A stretch of 63,010 nucleotides of DNA, the filler included, from Collodictyon triciliatum (taxonomy: Eukaryota): the NCBI GenBank assembly GCA_043381765.1. It is 4 parts of 4 records of this genome, joined end to end, with 100 filler letters (N's around TTAATTAATTAA, not from the genome) between each part and the next. Parts side by side here need not be neighbours in the genome. Positions count along the whole stretch, not along the records: positions 1 to 21,732 come from JBHJMP010001178.1; positions 21,833 to 43,487 come from JBHJMP010001180.1; 2 more parts are not named here. The stretch is one strand, 5' to 3'. Shown piece after piece: positions 9,601-21,966 of the stretch. A model generated the notes under the pieces. It was not told where the DNA came from, did not search any database, and saw only the letters and a list, made by a program, of their open reading frames with translations. The translations under genes were made by a program, and so were the position numbers. Numbering within the stretch: the first letter of the stretch is position 1; every line of letters begins with the position of its first letter.

Positions 9601-12600
9601 CCGTTTCAGTAATGTATTTGACCAGGTAGCCTCAATATATGGTGAAAATCATATGTTTGATTATAAATGAAGTAATAATGTGATTAGCCACCGCGCTTAT
9701 GTCCCTTCAGGGTCCCTTTTAGTTCCATATCAGGGAGAGACCATATCTTTGAAGGGGGGAAAAAAGAAGTCAAACAATGAATGATGGCACAATACAAAAC
9801 AGGTTAGTTGCATTAAGTTTGAATGGTTGGTCAAAAAAAAAAATGCCGTCACGAAATTATTAGAATGAAACCAGGAAAAAAAAAACTATCAGTTGTGTTT
9901 CAGGCACCTTGCTTGTTTTATCTTGAGAGCCGGTAGCAAATAAACGATCATTTGGTGCAACAGATATAGAATTGATATCTTTGTCATGGGCGAGAATGGT
10001 TTTGGTTGGATCAACTATGATGACATTAATTTGAGTATTTTTTTTTTTCATCCCTCAAGAATATATGAGCGTTCACAGTAAAATAAAAAAAATTATTTTT
10101 TAATCAATCATATATTCATCGAGTAGAGCCTACGGGAAATACTCTTGCGAATGCCTGGAAAAAAATATATATTAGGTGTAGTATATTTTATAAAATACAT
10201 ATCAGTGCAAGAACCGGCATCTGAAACTAGCTACTGAGCGATTTGGTATAAAAGAATTACTGCTTTTTTTAAACAAGGCAGTGGTGTTCCATAACTTTAT
10301 AGTCTTATCCTCTCCACCACTCAAGAAAAAGGCCTGTATTTTCATTTATATGGTGAATATAAACATACGGTGAGTCTCAATTAAATAGTGAATTGGAAGA
10401 ATAGTGGACTTTAAGAAAATAACACCTTGGTTTTTTTGGAAAATGCCACTGCAGAAACCGACGCCATGTGTCCCTCTCCAACACCGATGCATCTATTATG
10501 TGATATAGTTAGATAGCCAGTCATAACTGCTGCCGGAATATTTTTTATGTTTTATATATCAAAATGAAAGGAAAAAATATAGTAGTAACATAACTTTTCA
10601 GTAGTGCCATAGCTAAACTTCTAAATGAAAACATACTCCAATTTTTCCACGTCCCATAAACGAACAGTGTTATCTTTTGACCCCGAGCATAAAAGGGTCT
10701 TACATGTATTAATGGAACAGTAAGTTCATATCGCAAGGCATTGTTTGTTTGTTTGTTTTTTGTTTTTTTTTTCCTTTGTTTTTGTTTTTTGTTTAAAAAC
10801 AAAGGGGGTTACTTGAGACAACATGGTACTCTAATATTCAAATGACTTTTATACGCCGAGAGATTTAACTAAAGCCGTTGTTACATACTAACCTTGTCGA
10901 AAGATACATCGATTGATAAACAAATATCTTTATGACCATCAATTACATCACAATTCCACGTTTGCGTATCAAAAAGACGTATCTAATGCGTTTATTGATG
11001 TACAAAAGAAAAGCATATCAAATAGAAAAAAATCGTTTCGCCAAAATTAATTGAAGATGGTCAAAGTGATTTAGTGTATAATTTTTTATCTTTGTTTTGT
11101 TGTTATTGATGATTATGAGAAAAGCGTACTTGTTCGCTATTTGTCGCAGTAACGATACGGCTTTCATTACCCAAGAACTTCACATCAATAATCTGGATGC
11201 GAAGTGTTATATTTATGCGCAAACATTATAAAGCTATGACGCTGGAGCATCGATCGTAGAAAAAAACCTGTGAAATTTTGAAGGAAAAAGTAAAATGGAA
11301 ACCAACCTGGTCGTTGTATCCAATAAAAACCTTTTGTTTTTCCAGGGTTCTGTGATTTTCAAAGAAAAGTGATATTTTTCAAACTTACTCGCATTAAAGA
11401 GAGTGAGAATAACAGTTGCGTGAACAAAAAAAGAAACAAATTATCACTGTTGGCTGTTTGTTTAGAAAATAATGAAATCCTAACATTTGGTCAAAGAAAA
11501 TAAGATTCTGATCATTGGTGATCACGATTAGCTGCCCACTGGCATTTTTCTGTCTAAATAGTACGGTCGATGCATTACATTTAAATTCATAAGAAAAAAA
11601 TCTTTAGATAAGACGGTACCACTTATTTTCCTATCGAACTGGAAACATAATCAAGTGTGTTTTGGGATAAATAATAGTTTACATCATTCCTACAAATGGG
11701 CGAGCTTCATTCTCATAAGATGATGATATGACTGCAGCACCATTTGATAATTTCCATGATCTTAGCTGGCCCTTTTCTCCTGCTGTAACATACGTGCCTG
11801 TGTGCAATCTTGGTTAGTTTTTATTGTCAATTTGACACGATTTTCTCTTCTTTCGTTGTCTCTTTGTCCCTTTCTTTTCTTTATTAAGAGTGAATGCAGC
11901 ATGAATGATATCTAGATGTGTCTATAGATTTACAATTTTCAAGTTCGTTATCATTCTCTTGATGCACGATGCAAAGAGCTTCGACTACCTATGAAAAATA
12001 TGTGTGTATTTTTTTTGGACATTTTTTTTTAAAAAAAAAATTGTTTCCTTTATTCGATTCAAAGTCATATGGAGAAAATAAATCTATAAAAGAGAGAGAA
12101 AGAATATGCACACTTTTATTCATTCATTATTCAATAACAACACTCCGACACTCTTTCGTTTTTTTAGTAAGCTCAAAATATTCTCGCTTTTTATAAAATC
12201 ACACTAAATAAGGGTTGGTGTGCTTGTAGAAAAGTAGAGTCAGGTATGACTTGGTAATCATACAAACCTCAAAGGTGATGAAGGTGTCTTCGAGGGCATT
12301 TTTTAAGATGTTAATCTTATTCACAACACGATCACGACCGCCTGTCAGCAGATATTTCCCACCCTTTGTAAAAGCTAAAGATGTTGGCACACTCATATGT
12401 GCACTAAACTTGCCGATGGGCCTAAAGCCAATAAAAGCATAGAGAGGAGAAAAGATTGATATTGTGGTTAATTTGAATCATTCTGACATCGCAAGGCAGT
12501 NNNNNNNNNNNNNNNNNNNNNNNNNNNNNNNNNNNNNNNNNNNNNNNNNNNNNNNNNNNNNNNNNNNNNNNNNNNNNNNNNNNNNNNNNNNNNNNNNNNN

Positions 12601-13334
12601 NNNNNNNNNNNNNNNNNNNNNNNNNNNNNNNNNNNNNNNNNNNNNNNNNNNNNNNNNNNNNNNNNNNNNNNNNNNNNNNNNNNNNNNNNNNNNNNNNNNN
12701 NNNNNNNNNNNNNNNNNNNNNNNNNNNNNNNNNNNNNNNNNNNNNNNNNNNNNNNNNNNNNNNNNNNNNNNNNNNNNNNNNNNNNNNNNNNNNNNNNNNN
12801 NNNNNNNNNNNNNNNNNNNNNNNNNNNNNNNNNNNNNNNNNNNNNNNNNNNNNNNNNNNNNNNNNNNNNNNNNNNNNNNNNNNNNNNNNNNNNNNNNNNN
12901 NNNNNNNNNNNNNNNNNNNNNNNNNNNNNNNNNNNNNNNNNNNNNNNNNNNNNNNNNNNNNNNNNNNNNNNNNNNNNNNNNNNNNNNNNNNNNNNNNNNN
13001 NNNNNNNNNNNNNNNNNNNNNNNNNNNNNNNNNNNNNNNNNNNNNNNNNNNNNNNNNNNNNNNNNNNNNNNNNNNNNNNNNNNNNNNNNNNNNNNNNNNN
13101 NTTTTGTGGCCCTTTTTCGGGGTTCACGTGCCCATGACAATAATCGCAAATGAACGAAATAAATTTATATCAATCAAACCTTCCATGAGCGGATATTCTC
13201 GTACGATGTAAGGGAGTATGACTTGACAAGCAAATTACGCAGGTAAACCACAAAAGACGAGGAATCTGGGGCGACGGCGAGCGCACTGACAATGTCCTCC
13301 TAAGGTAAAAGGTTGAGGGATGAAATGCATGGAA

Positions 13335-13422
<88 letters not shown>

Positions 13423-13587
13423 CATGGTAAATTTGTGAATATATGACTATGCTATTGTATAATTTTTTTAAATGGTTCAATATAAGAAATAGATAGATAA
13501 ACATAAAAGAAAATTGGTAAATAGGCGTATTTTGCCTGAAAGTAGCGCTATGACCCACGCTGTCCCACTCTAAAACGAATGACTCGG

Positions 13588-13664
<77 letters not shown>

Positions 13665-13853
13665 AAAACTCACATTGCTCCAGGAGTGGACAGTTTGGCT
13701 CTTTGTCACATCGACCAGGCGTGTGGCTTCGTGGCTGACGCAGATGAGGCGGTCTCCTTCTTCGCAAAGCCGCACAATGCCGCCCGTGAAGATGGCCTCG
13801 TGGTGGGAGTCCACGCGGAATGTTGACTTGAGTCCCTTCAGAACACTGTGCAT
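6687..13853 (-). CDS. UTP13: U3 snoRNA-associated WD40 protein UTP13/TBL3, multi-exon, interrupted by assembly gap 12501-13101
   Basis: N-terminus LKSTFRV...IFTGG. WD40 exons include AHDKDINSISVAPNDRLFATGSQDKT and WCVEFSPVDQVVATASGDQTIKIW. Utp13 C-domain IPYTERHMQRINTLVQRSYLLDFTL is present. A phase-compatible mini-exon (~7273-7312) links it to the terminal exon 7082-6687. Confidence 0.9.
7798..7846. repeat. 10-mer tandem repeat (GAATGAACAA)n in a UTP13 intron
   Basis: About 4.5 direct copies are visible. Confidence 0.9.
13333..13421. repeat. (AAAT)n microsatellite
   Basis: Seen directly in the sequence. Confidence 0.95.
13590..13658. repeat. (GA)n microsatellite in UTP13 intron 1
   Basis: Seen directly in the sequence. 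Confidence 0.95.
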
Positions 13854-14493
13854 TCTTTCCTGTGTCCTATGAGCGAGAATCAAGGGCGGCGTCAGAGTAC
13901 TATCTTTGCAACGAGAGGGTCAGCCCCAAAGTCATAAGCAAAGCGGGGTGATGCCCACAAAAAAACAAAAAACAAAAAAAAAAAAAAAAACAAAAAATGA
14001 GACCAAAAAATGAGAATCCCTCGAGCAGGCAAGACTGAAACCAGAAACCAAGGCAGTCCAAGACGCTCACAGCAACCAACTCTGCTGGAGGCCTTGGTTG
14101 GGCAGTCGGCTCTGGTCCGATTTGCTCCTCATCGTTCTTCGCCCGCGATCTTTTCTGTTGTGTCTGACACCGCTGCTCATCGAGCCACCGACGAAGAGAA
14201 CAAAAGCGCCGCGATAGGCAACGAGGGCAGTACTATTCCCACCGTACCTTTGTGGTCTCACTCCCGTTGTTTGGTGCTGAGCAAGCCACACTCCCAGACA
14301 CTATCCGGACTTCACAATACTCTATCCCCGGCAATCGTATGTTTATTGGGCTTCAATCAGAGAGCAAGAAGTAAACCCCGCACGGCTCGAAGGGTTGTTC
14401 GCTGCGCAGTGGGATAAACGGTAGACTTGGAGGGATCGGTTGGGGCTTTTGAGGAATGCGCAAAGGCATGGGGCGACCGGCACTCGCGCTTGT

Positions 14494-15407
14494 TTACAAC
14501 TCGACGGGCTTCAGGGTTGGGGGCAGCGACTGCTTCAGCTTGCTGGCCTTCTCGGCATCCTTGACAATGAGGGTGTAGAGGTAGCGGCTGCAGCGCAGCT
14601 TGAACTTGGTGTTGTCCTTGTTCTTTTTGATCTTGATGGCTGCACAGCGAGAGGTTTCGAGGGAAGGGCTTAGGACCGTTGGTATGTGTGTCCCTTCGTG
14701 GAGAAAAAAAGTGGTGGAGGTCACCAGTGGGATGTGCAGACAATTAATGCTTACACTTGGCGTCCTTGCGGCGGGACTTGGTGAGGAAATCCTTGATCTC
14801 AGTGACGCGCTGGGGCTACACAGGAAATAAAACTTAAGACTCGGTACTGAGCGTCTGTTTTTGAAGTTTAGTTCCAGCGGTCGTGCAGAGATCCAGTTGA
14901 CTATTTGAGCTACTTTTGCGTAATGACAGTGGCCGCAGCATAGTACTTATAGATCGTCTTAGGCACAAAACGAGAGTCTGAGAAGAGAGTGGATCTCAGT
15001 TATGTTTCTGCGGTCGGGAAAAGCTATTGTTGCCACGGGTTAGGACAGCGCCAAGAGAGTCATAGTTTGACAAGCAAGGAGTTTGCGGCGACTGGAAACA
15101 CTGACTCCTGCGACATGAAAGTGCACATACAAATTTGACCCAAAGTCTGCAAAAATAGAGCCCGATCGAGTTGATCGCAGGAGCAGGCAGTTGGATTCTG
15201 ATCGGGTTACAACACTCCCCTTTCCGTACTTTCTTTCAGACTGACTAGTTTGGGGCTCCACAGCTTCGTGTGTGCCACGGGTGGGCTCCTGGTTGTATAC
15301 TTGCAGAGGAACAAAGTCCGGCTAACTAAGCCCTTGGGCTTCATATGACCGAGAGTTGACTTAAGGGCTCGTAAGGGGGGCAAGGAAGATGTATTATTTC
15401 TTACCAT
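14494..15407 (-). CDS. RPL38: 60S ribosomal protein L38 (eL38), 3 coding exons: 15407-15405, 14815-14755, 14639-14494
   Basis: The spliced product is [69 protein letters not shown]. The first exon is ATG|GTAAG and the GT-AG introns are phase-consistent. Confidence 0.95.
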
Positions 15408-15929
15408 TTTGGAGCGGGCTTCTGGGGTTTCGGTGCTGTTGGACGCGATACCTCACGGATGGACACGATAGAGTGGGAAGAGAATCATGGGTTTCAGAAT
15501 GCCGGAGGCTGTCTCTATTACAAGACAAATTCGAATTTTCTATTTCTGGAAAATAGGGTACTGCGGTTTTTTGTTTGCCTGTTGGAGCCCAATTCCACCC
15601 ATCGCCTCGCCCTTGTTGCGTTGCGGTGGACAAGAGGTCATACGGAATCCTTTTTCTTTTTTTTGGTTCCCCAGTACTATGTATGAGGAATACTTTATGG
15701 GGAGAGATAAAGCCGCTTTAATCAACAAAAAATAAAAAAAAAAATGTTGCGGCGACCAAAGTTGTGGATGTATTGGTGCGAAGGGGAAGTTTAAGCCAAT
15801 CTTGGATACACAGACTGAGGATATCAAGATGGAGGGTAAATGGTGGGTTCATTACAGGGCCTTACTGTAAACTGTTTTTTAGGGCTCTTTTTTTTTTTTT
15901 TTGGAAAATATGTCCTGTAGAAAAGAAAA

Positions 15930-17906
15930 CTATCGCGTCTTGGAATGAAGTCTGGATACTGTTCTTGTCCAGTAATCATCCTCGTTCTCGTTGGTTGCGG
16001 TGTCTTTATCTTTCTGACTTTTTATTTGTGCCGTGACTTCTTTTTTGCGCTGAAGCCAAATCGATTTCATCATGTTAAGTTCCTCGCTGAGTGTCGGTCT
16101 CTCAGATTTTTCAGGAGAAACTTTCTTTCTTTTTTCCGACTTATCACTTAGAAGCATAGGGTCGCTTTTTCGCAGAATCATGGCTAATTCACTTTGTTGG
16201 GCCTCTTTTGGAGAGAATCCAGCGGTCTGTTTTTGAGATTCTTGCTTTTCTTTTCTCAGTCGGTATACATCCCGAAGCCAACTCTGTATCTTTGCATCGT
16301 TAGCAAAATTCGATTGAGGTGCTATATATGGTGACTTTGGCCCTGTTGTTACACGACTGTCCCCGTCATTTTCATAAAATTCAGAATGGGCACTATGTCG
16401 GCTATTTCTTTTTGGGCTCACATCAAGACGAAAATGAGTCGAATCTATTTGAAGAGGACTTTTTGTTTCCTTTAATCTGCTCGGTGATGTAAACCTCTGT
16501 TTGCTCGGCTTAAAAGTTTCGTTCATGCGTGAGGAGGCTGTATTCTCCTTTATATTTCTTGTACGTGAACTTTGTAAGTCAAAGGAATCTGAAGGTGATT
16601 CCGAGCCTGAGTCTGAGTCATCCTTGATGGCAAACTCTTCGACAAACCTAGTCAGTGACCTTGATTCTAACGGACTTTCCGTGACTTCTTCACGTTGCCT
16701 CATTTTCGATTGGATTTTTCTCAGAGATTCTTTCTTTGATTTGGAATGCATAGTAACGGAATCGTTTAAAGAGGGTTCACCACGATATAGTATTTCTGCC
16801 TGTTTCCTCTGTTCCTCTTTTTGTTTTTGAAGTTCAAGCTCCTAGAAAGGAATGACATTAGCAATTACGAACATCAGTAATATAGTTTGTATGAAAAGTC
16901 TGAAATCATAATTTGAATATGAACTTTTGTGATTGAAATTAATGATACTTTAAAACCATAAAATCTTATGCTCACTAAGTAAGTGGATTCAATATAAAAT
17001 TAACCCACATGTATGGCTGTATTTAAGCGAATAACCATCTTGTTCATACTCGCCATGGAGGTCACCTATTATTTTTTATTTAGTTTTCATGAAATAATTG
17101 ATAGAGATTTTGCGTTAGACGATCCAGTATATAAGTGGTCAATACGTTAGCTATGATGCCATACTTTGCTTCGGTTATTTGGCCCAATCTTTCTCTCCTG
17201 GCTAAGGTGTGAGTCTTCAAAAGTCAGGGCGCGTGATGTGGGAATGTTTGGAGCACGAGACAAATTTGGTGGGTGACAAATAGAGCAACCAAATCGGCTG
17301 TTGTGGTGATGGTTGTGCCGCAAAGTTATCTGGGACGCGGGTATGATGCGATCTGGTGACTGCTTGAGGTACTGTAAATGAAGAATTGATATGTAGAATT
17401 TATCTTGTAAGTGCAAAATAAGTTTCCAATATATTAGTTCATCTCAGTTATTTTCAGTACTACTTTATATCTTCAGGATTCATGAAACCCTTTCACTAAA
17501 CGAGATGACACCGAAATAATATTTCATACAAGGTCTATATCAGTTCCTGACAAGTCTGCAATGCGTTGCCACAGTGTTTCGATGTGTCGCGACATTTCAA
17601 ACATAGTCTAAGTCAAAGCGGAACATCGAGCTGTTTAGATCGCTTGAATGTATGATGAGCGAGAGACCAATAAGCCAAATGTCGGGCATGTGCGATAATG
17701 ACGGGCATTATAGAGCAGAGGCACAATACCGGGGTGGGTTGCGCCTTCGTCTGCCGCGTGCGACCCGTCGATGCCTCTGCCGATGCTGCTCGCTTCTTTG
17801 GTGAGTCTGTGAGTTTCGGCATTGTGTGAAGTGCTCGGAATATCTCCGGGGTCAGCCGCACTGGTGTTGTCGGTCTGAAAGAGGTCGACGATCGCGTCTG
17901 CTGCAT
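15930..17906 (-). CDS. Hypothetical Ser/Lys/Glu-rich protein, about 4 exons
   Basis: Starts at ATG 17906 (MQQTRSSTSF...). Phase-0 GT-AG junctions chain exons near 17906-17730, 17371-17165, 17064-17035 and a long terminal exon to 15930. No family recognised. Confidence 0.55.
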
Positions 17907-18275
17907 CTCACTAAACTATATAAACAGTCGCCTTGGGCGCTGTGGAGTCTGAGTGAGCCACGCTGTGGAAGCTTCTTCTCATTCCACAAACCAGAAAAGA
18001 GGATGCTTGAAGAAAGAGGTGGGCCGCAGTTGGCTGCAAGGTCACGAATCAGCCGAGCCCACCCAGGACAGCGTGGAGAAAGAAAAAAGAAAAAAAGAGG
18101 CCTAGCAGGCGTGAATCATGCCTTCTCCCTTCTTACAGCTAGTTTTGTGCAGCAGAGACACAGAGCATGCGGAACTTGAACGTTGGGGAATGCCGGTTGG
18201 AGCAGGTTCAAACCGCGCCCTAGCATCTGAAGCGCAACAAGAGAGGTGGCCTTGAGCGCATCGTTTGTTTATTCA

Positions 18276-20301
18276 TTACTCGTCCTCGTCTCCGGCCTCC
18301 TCGGCCTCCCGCTTCTTGCGCTTCTGCTCCTCATACTCAGCCTCGTCCTTCGCGGTCGGGTCTGACGCCTCGTTCTCGGCCTGCGACTCGGTCTGGATGG
18401 GCGGAAGCGGCTGGGGTGTGAATGCTGCGGCCTGGTAGCGGAGGCCGTTGCCGTAGTAGACTGTTCCAAACTTCTTGCCGAGCCCTGTCGTGTGTGTGGA
18501 CGAGACTTTGTGTCAACAGCGGGTTGAAAAGACAGCTGGGTTATCTAAAGCGGCCTACCGTATGTGAAGGACCCGGGCCACACGTTGGATGCCAGAAACA
18601 CAGGGATGTGCTTTGAGCGGAGCAGCTCGGCTGTCGGGGACTTGAGACGCCATGCAGATAACCCAGGCGACACTAGTGGGGTCATCGAAACAATGGAGAT
18701 AGATACAGAGACAGAGATGAGATTCATCAAACAGAGGGTATCGCATGATATGAAGGCAGCAGCGCGGGGCATTTGTCTCGAAGGCTTACGCTTGTCCTCT
18801 GAGACCGGCGTGAGGATGCCTGGTCCAGTCTCTTTGTTTGGGTCTTCCTTCTCTTCCTCTCCCTCATCCTCCTCCCCCTCGACATTCTCTTTGGGGGCGC
18901 TCCAGTACGTGATGCGGCCCTGTGGAAGGATAAATCTCCGGTGGTGAACCCAGGTCGAGAGTTTGGCAAGCTCTTTGGAATCAGGCTCTTCAAACTCTGC
19001 ATTAATCTCAGGGTCCCCGGTAGCCACTGAGGAGAATTTGTCAAGAGAGTGAGTATGCGGTAACTTGACATTATTGAGCTCCGAATAAATTGAAAGATTT
19101 ATGTTTACGATGTGAATCAGTACAATTCTATATTAACTCATGATGATTCGTCGGAGATGTTATGCGAGGGTTGCTGCATACTTACACGTTTCTTCATCAG
19201 CATCTTCTCCAAAATGGAAGAATCCCTTGGGTGACACAGTTGTGCTGTGGACTATGCGTGATATTTGCGCTCTGAGGTAGGATGCTTCGTTTCCTGGGAA
19301 AGGTGGATAGCTAAGTACAGGCTTCTCGAGGTTTCCTGTAAATCCCTTGCGAATCTTTCGAGCTGCTACAATCTGTGCCGGTGTGACATCGGGAAGTTTT
19401 ACCCAAGGCTTGCCAAAAACTGTGTATGAAAAAGTGCGATACATAAGCACATTATTTATTTATTTATTTATTCTGGATGTGAATTAGGGAGAGAACATTC
19501 AATTCCCCCCGAAAAAAAAACAAAAAAAAAAGTGTTATATTGGTGAATTTAAAGTGTTCTAGATCGATGCATCGAGTTAGAGAGATGGGTAGGAAAAAGG
19601 AAAGGGGAATTTACGGCCAAACAATGTTAATGGAACACTGTGGTGCAAGCATAAAATTGTTCTTACTATTCGTAGTGACCCAGTAGATGTACTTGTTAGG
19701 TCCAGTCTGTTTTTCTGTTGGGACAACAACGGGCTTCTTTGGTTTGGGTCTTTTGGGTGCTGCTTCTCCATCGCCATCGCCGTCACCATCATCTCCTTCC
19801 TTATCACCAGCATCTTCATCCTTATCCTCCTTGTCCCCTTCCTCACCTTCATCACCTTTTACATCTGACTCCACGATGTAGTAATCATTATGGAATCCTG
19901 TGACTCTTCCAAAGTAACGGACATTCGTCAGCTGATGTGTACCCACAAGCTCTTTGATCGTGAGAAACTGGTGGTTGTATGTGTTTCAACCGTCAATATT
20001 AAGATAGTATTCCAGTATAAGTTTGAAAATCATAGATGAGACATCTTACAACATATTACAATCATTTTCTAGATTGTGCGCACATGCATTTACAGCTTAC
20101 ACCATTACTGGATATCAGATGTATAAAATAATCGTAACGGTGTATTACAAGGCGAAGGGAATCAGTTTGGTTCAGTCCAAGTCCAACCATACGGTGATAG
20201 CTAAACTCCTCGAGGAAGTTGGGCATTTCGACATCGGCTGTGTTTGTCTCTTCGTTCTCGTCATCTTCTCCTTTGGGTTTTTCTTGCTTCTGCGAGCATG
20301 T

Positions 20302-20351
<50 letters not shown>

Positions 20352-21055
20352 NNNNNNNNNNNNNNNNNNNNNNNNNNNNNNNNNNNNNNNNNNNNNNNNN
20401 NNNNNNNNNNNNNNNNNNNNNNNNNNNNNNNNNNNNNNNNNNNNNNNNNNNNNNNNNNNNNNNNNNNNNNNNNNNNAAAATTGATGATTTATGATTTGAC
20501 CACTACATGAATGTAATAAGATTCTTCTTAGATTGAGGAAATATCCATAGACTTGACTCTAATTTTGAACAAAGAAAGGATGATATGACAATACTCACGG
20601 TAAGCATTTTTGTTGCTCGTGAAAGTGCCTCATGTGCAGCCTCCTCATATGTGTCACCCTGCAGACCGTAATGGGCGATGTAGAAACAAAAAGTATGTTA
20701 GTCTGCGAGTTAAGTAATCAAAAAAAGAAAAATCCAGGAAGAGATTTCGCAACCACTTCATGGGCATTAATCAGTGATCCTCGAGCCAACAAAGAGAATA
20801 TTGAAGAAACAAGAGGCGAAAGTCTGGCACCGCATCAGTGGCGTCCTTGGATTTAGGCCGGCGAGGATCGAGAGCCGAGAGAGGCTTCTTGGTGCGGACT
20901 TGGGAGGAGTAGTGCTCAAAGGCTTTCCGGGGATCGGCCGGTTTGTCTGTGAGCAGTTGCGAGACGATTGTTGTCATGTGATCAAAGAGACTGTTTCCGT
21001 CGACATCGGGCTTCTGGAAGTAGTTGAGTGCGTCCTCGTATGTGATCTGCGACAT
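18276..21055 (-). CDS. Radial spoke head protein 4/6 family (RSPH4A/RSPH6A-like), spanning a gap
   Basis: Motifs [71 protein letters not shown]...[32 protein letters not shown] and [10 protein letters not shown], followed by an acidic C-terminus. Confidence 0.92.
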
Positions 21056-21966
21056 TGCTCGGTCCGGCTGCCTCTTGGCTGTCTTTGCGTCTGGGAGGGA
21101 AGGCGGCTGGGGTTGCGTTGCGCGATTCGCGCGGCTTTGGTTGTCTCTCTCTGCGGAGATTGTTTGCAGTGAATCTATGTGGGGAGTCAGACACGGCACA
21201 AAGGCAGGCTCCTGATTGTGATACGGTTTGATGGGAGGAGAGGCCGCGGCACAACCGTGTGTATGTATGTGTGTCTTCTGCGATTCTGCCGAGACTCGGG
21301 CGGCGAGCTTGTTTGTTCGATTGTGGGAGAACTGCTCGCCTCTTCTGATGGCTATGATCGTTTTCCAACGGAATCTCAAAATGAGCTTTTTGATTGAACA
21401 TACAGATCATGTGTATGTGTTTGTATATTGTTTCGTACATTGATATGAAGGATTTTTCTTTGAATAAAAGTTCCAACTGAGCATCGTAATTGTGGAAAAC
21501 ATTTATTTATTGCATTAGTATAGCAAATTTAGCAGAATTTCTCTAAATATACCACAATATATGATATTTTGCAAATGTTTTATCATCTTAGTGTCTGCTG
21601 TGATTCCAAGACCACAATGGCGGTACATTTTTAAGAAAAACATACACAGCGCAGTTCGCTAGAAAAAAACAAAAAACAAAAACAAAAAAACAAAAAAACA
21701 AAAAACAAAAAAACAAAAAAACAAAAAACAAANNNNNNNNNNNNNNNNNNNNNNNNNNNNNNNNNNNNNNNNNNNNTTAATTAATTAANNNNNNNNNNNN
21801 NNNNNNNNNNNNNNNNNNNNNNNNNNNNNNNNAAGAGAAAAGAAAAAAGAGAAAAGAAAAAAGAGAAAAGAAAAAAGAGAAAAGAAAAAAGAGAAAAGAA
21901 AAAAGAGAAAAGAAAAAAGAGAAAAGAAAAAAGAGAAAAGAAAAAAGAAAAAGAAAAAGAATTGCT

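Noticed and set aside
12464-13153. ORFs made of X residues
   Set aside because: They span an assembly gap.
14970-15242. GTCTGAGA ... TTCAGAC pair resembling the eukaryotic RNase P P4 helix
   Set aside because: It lacks the GGAA of CR-I and the conserved CR-V context, and it is antisense to the host intron.
21777-21788. Palindromic TTAATTAATTAA centred in N runs (also 43532-43543 and 59586-59597)
   Set aside because: An identical 12-mer with 44 N on each side (100 nt total) and stops in all six frames is a scaffolding linker, not biology. It also makes order and orientation across these gaps uncertain.
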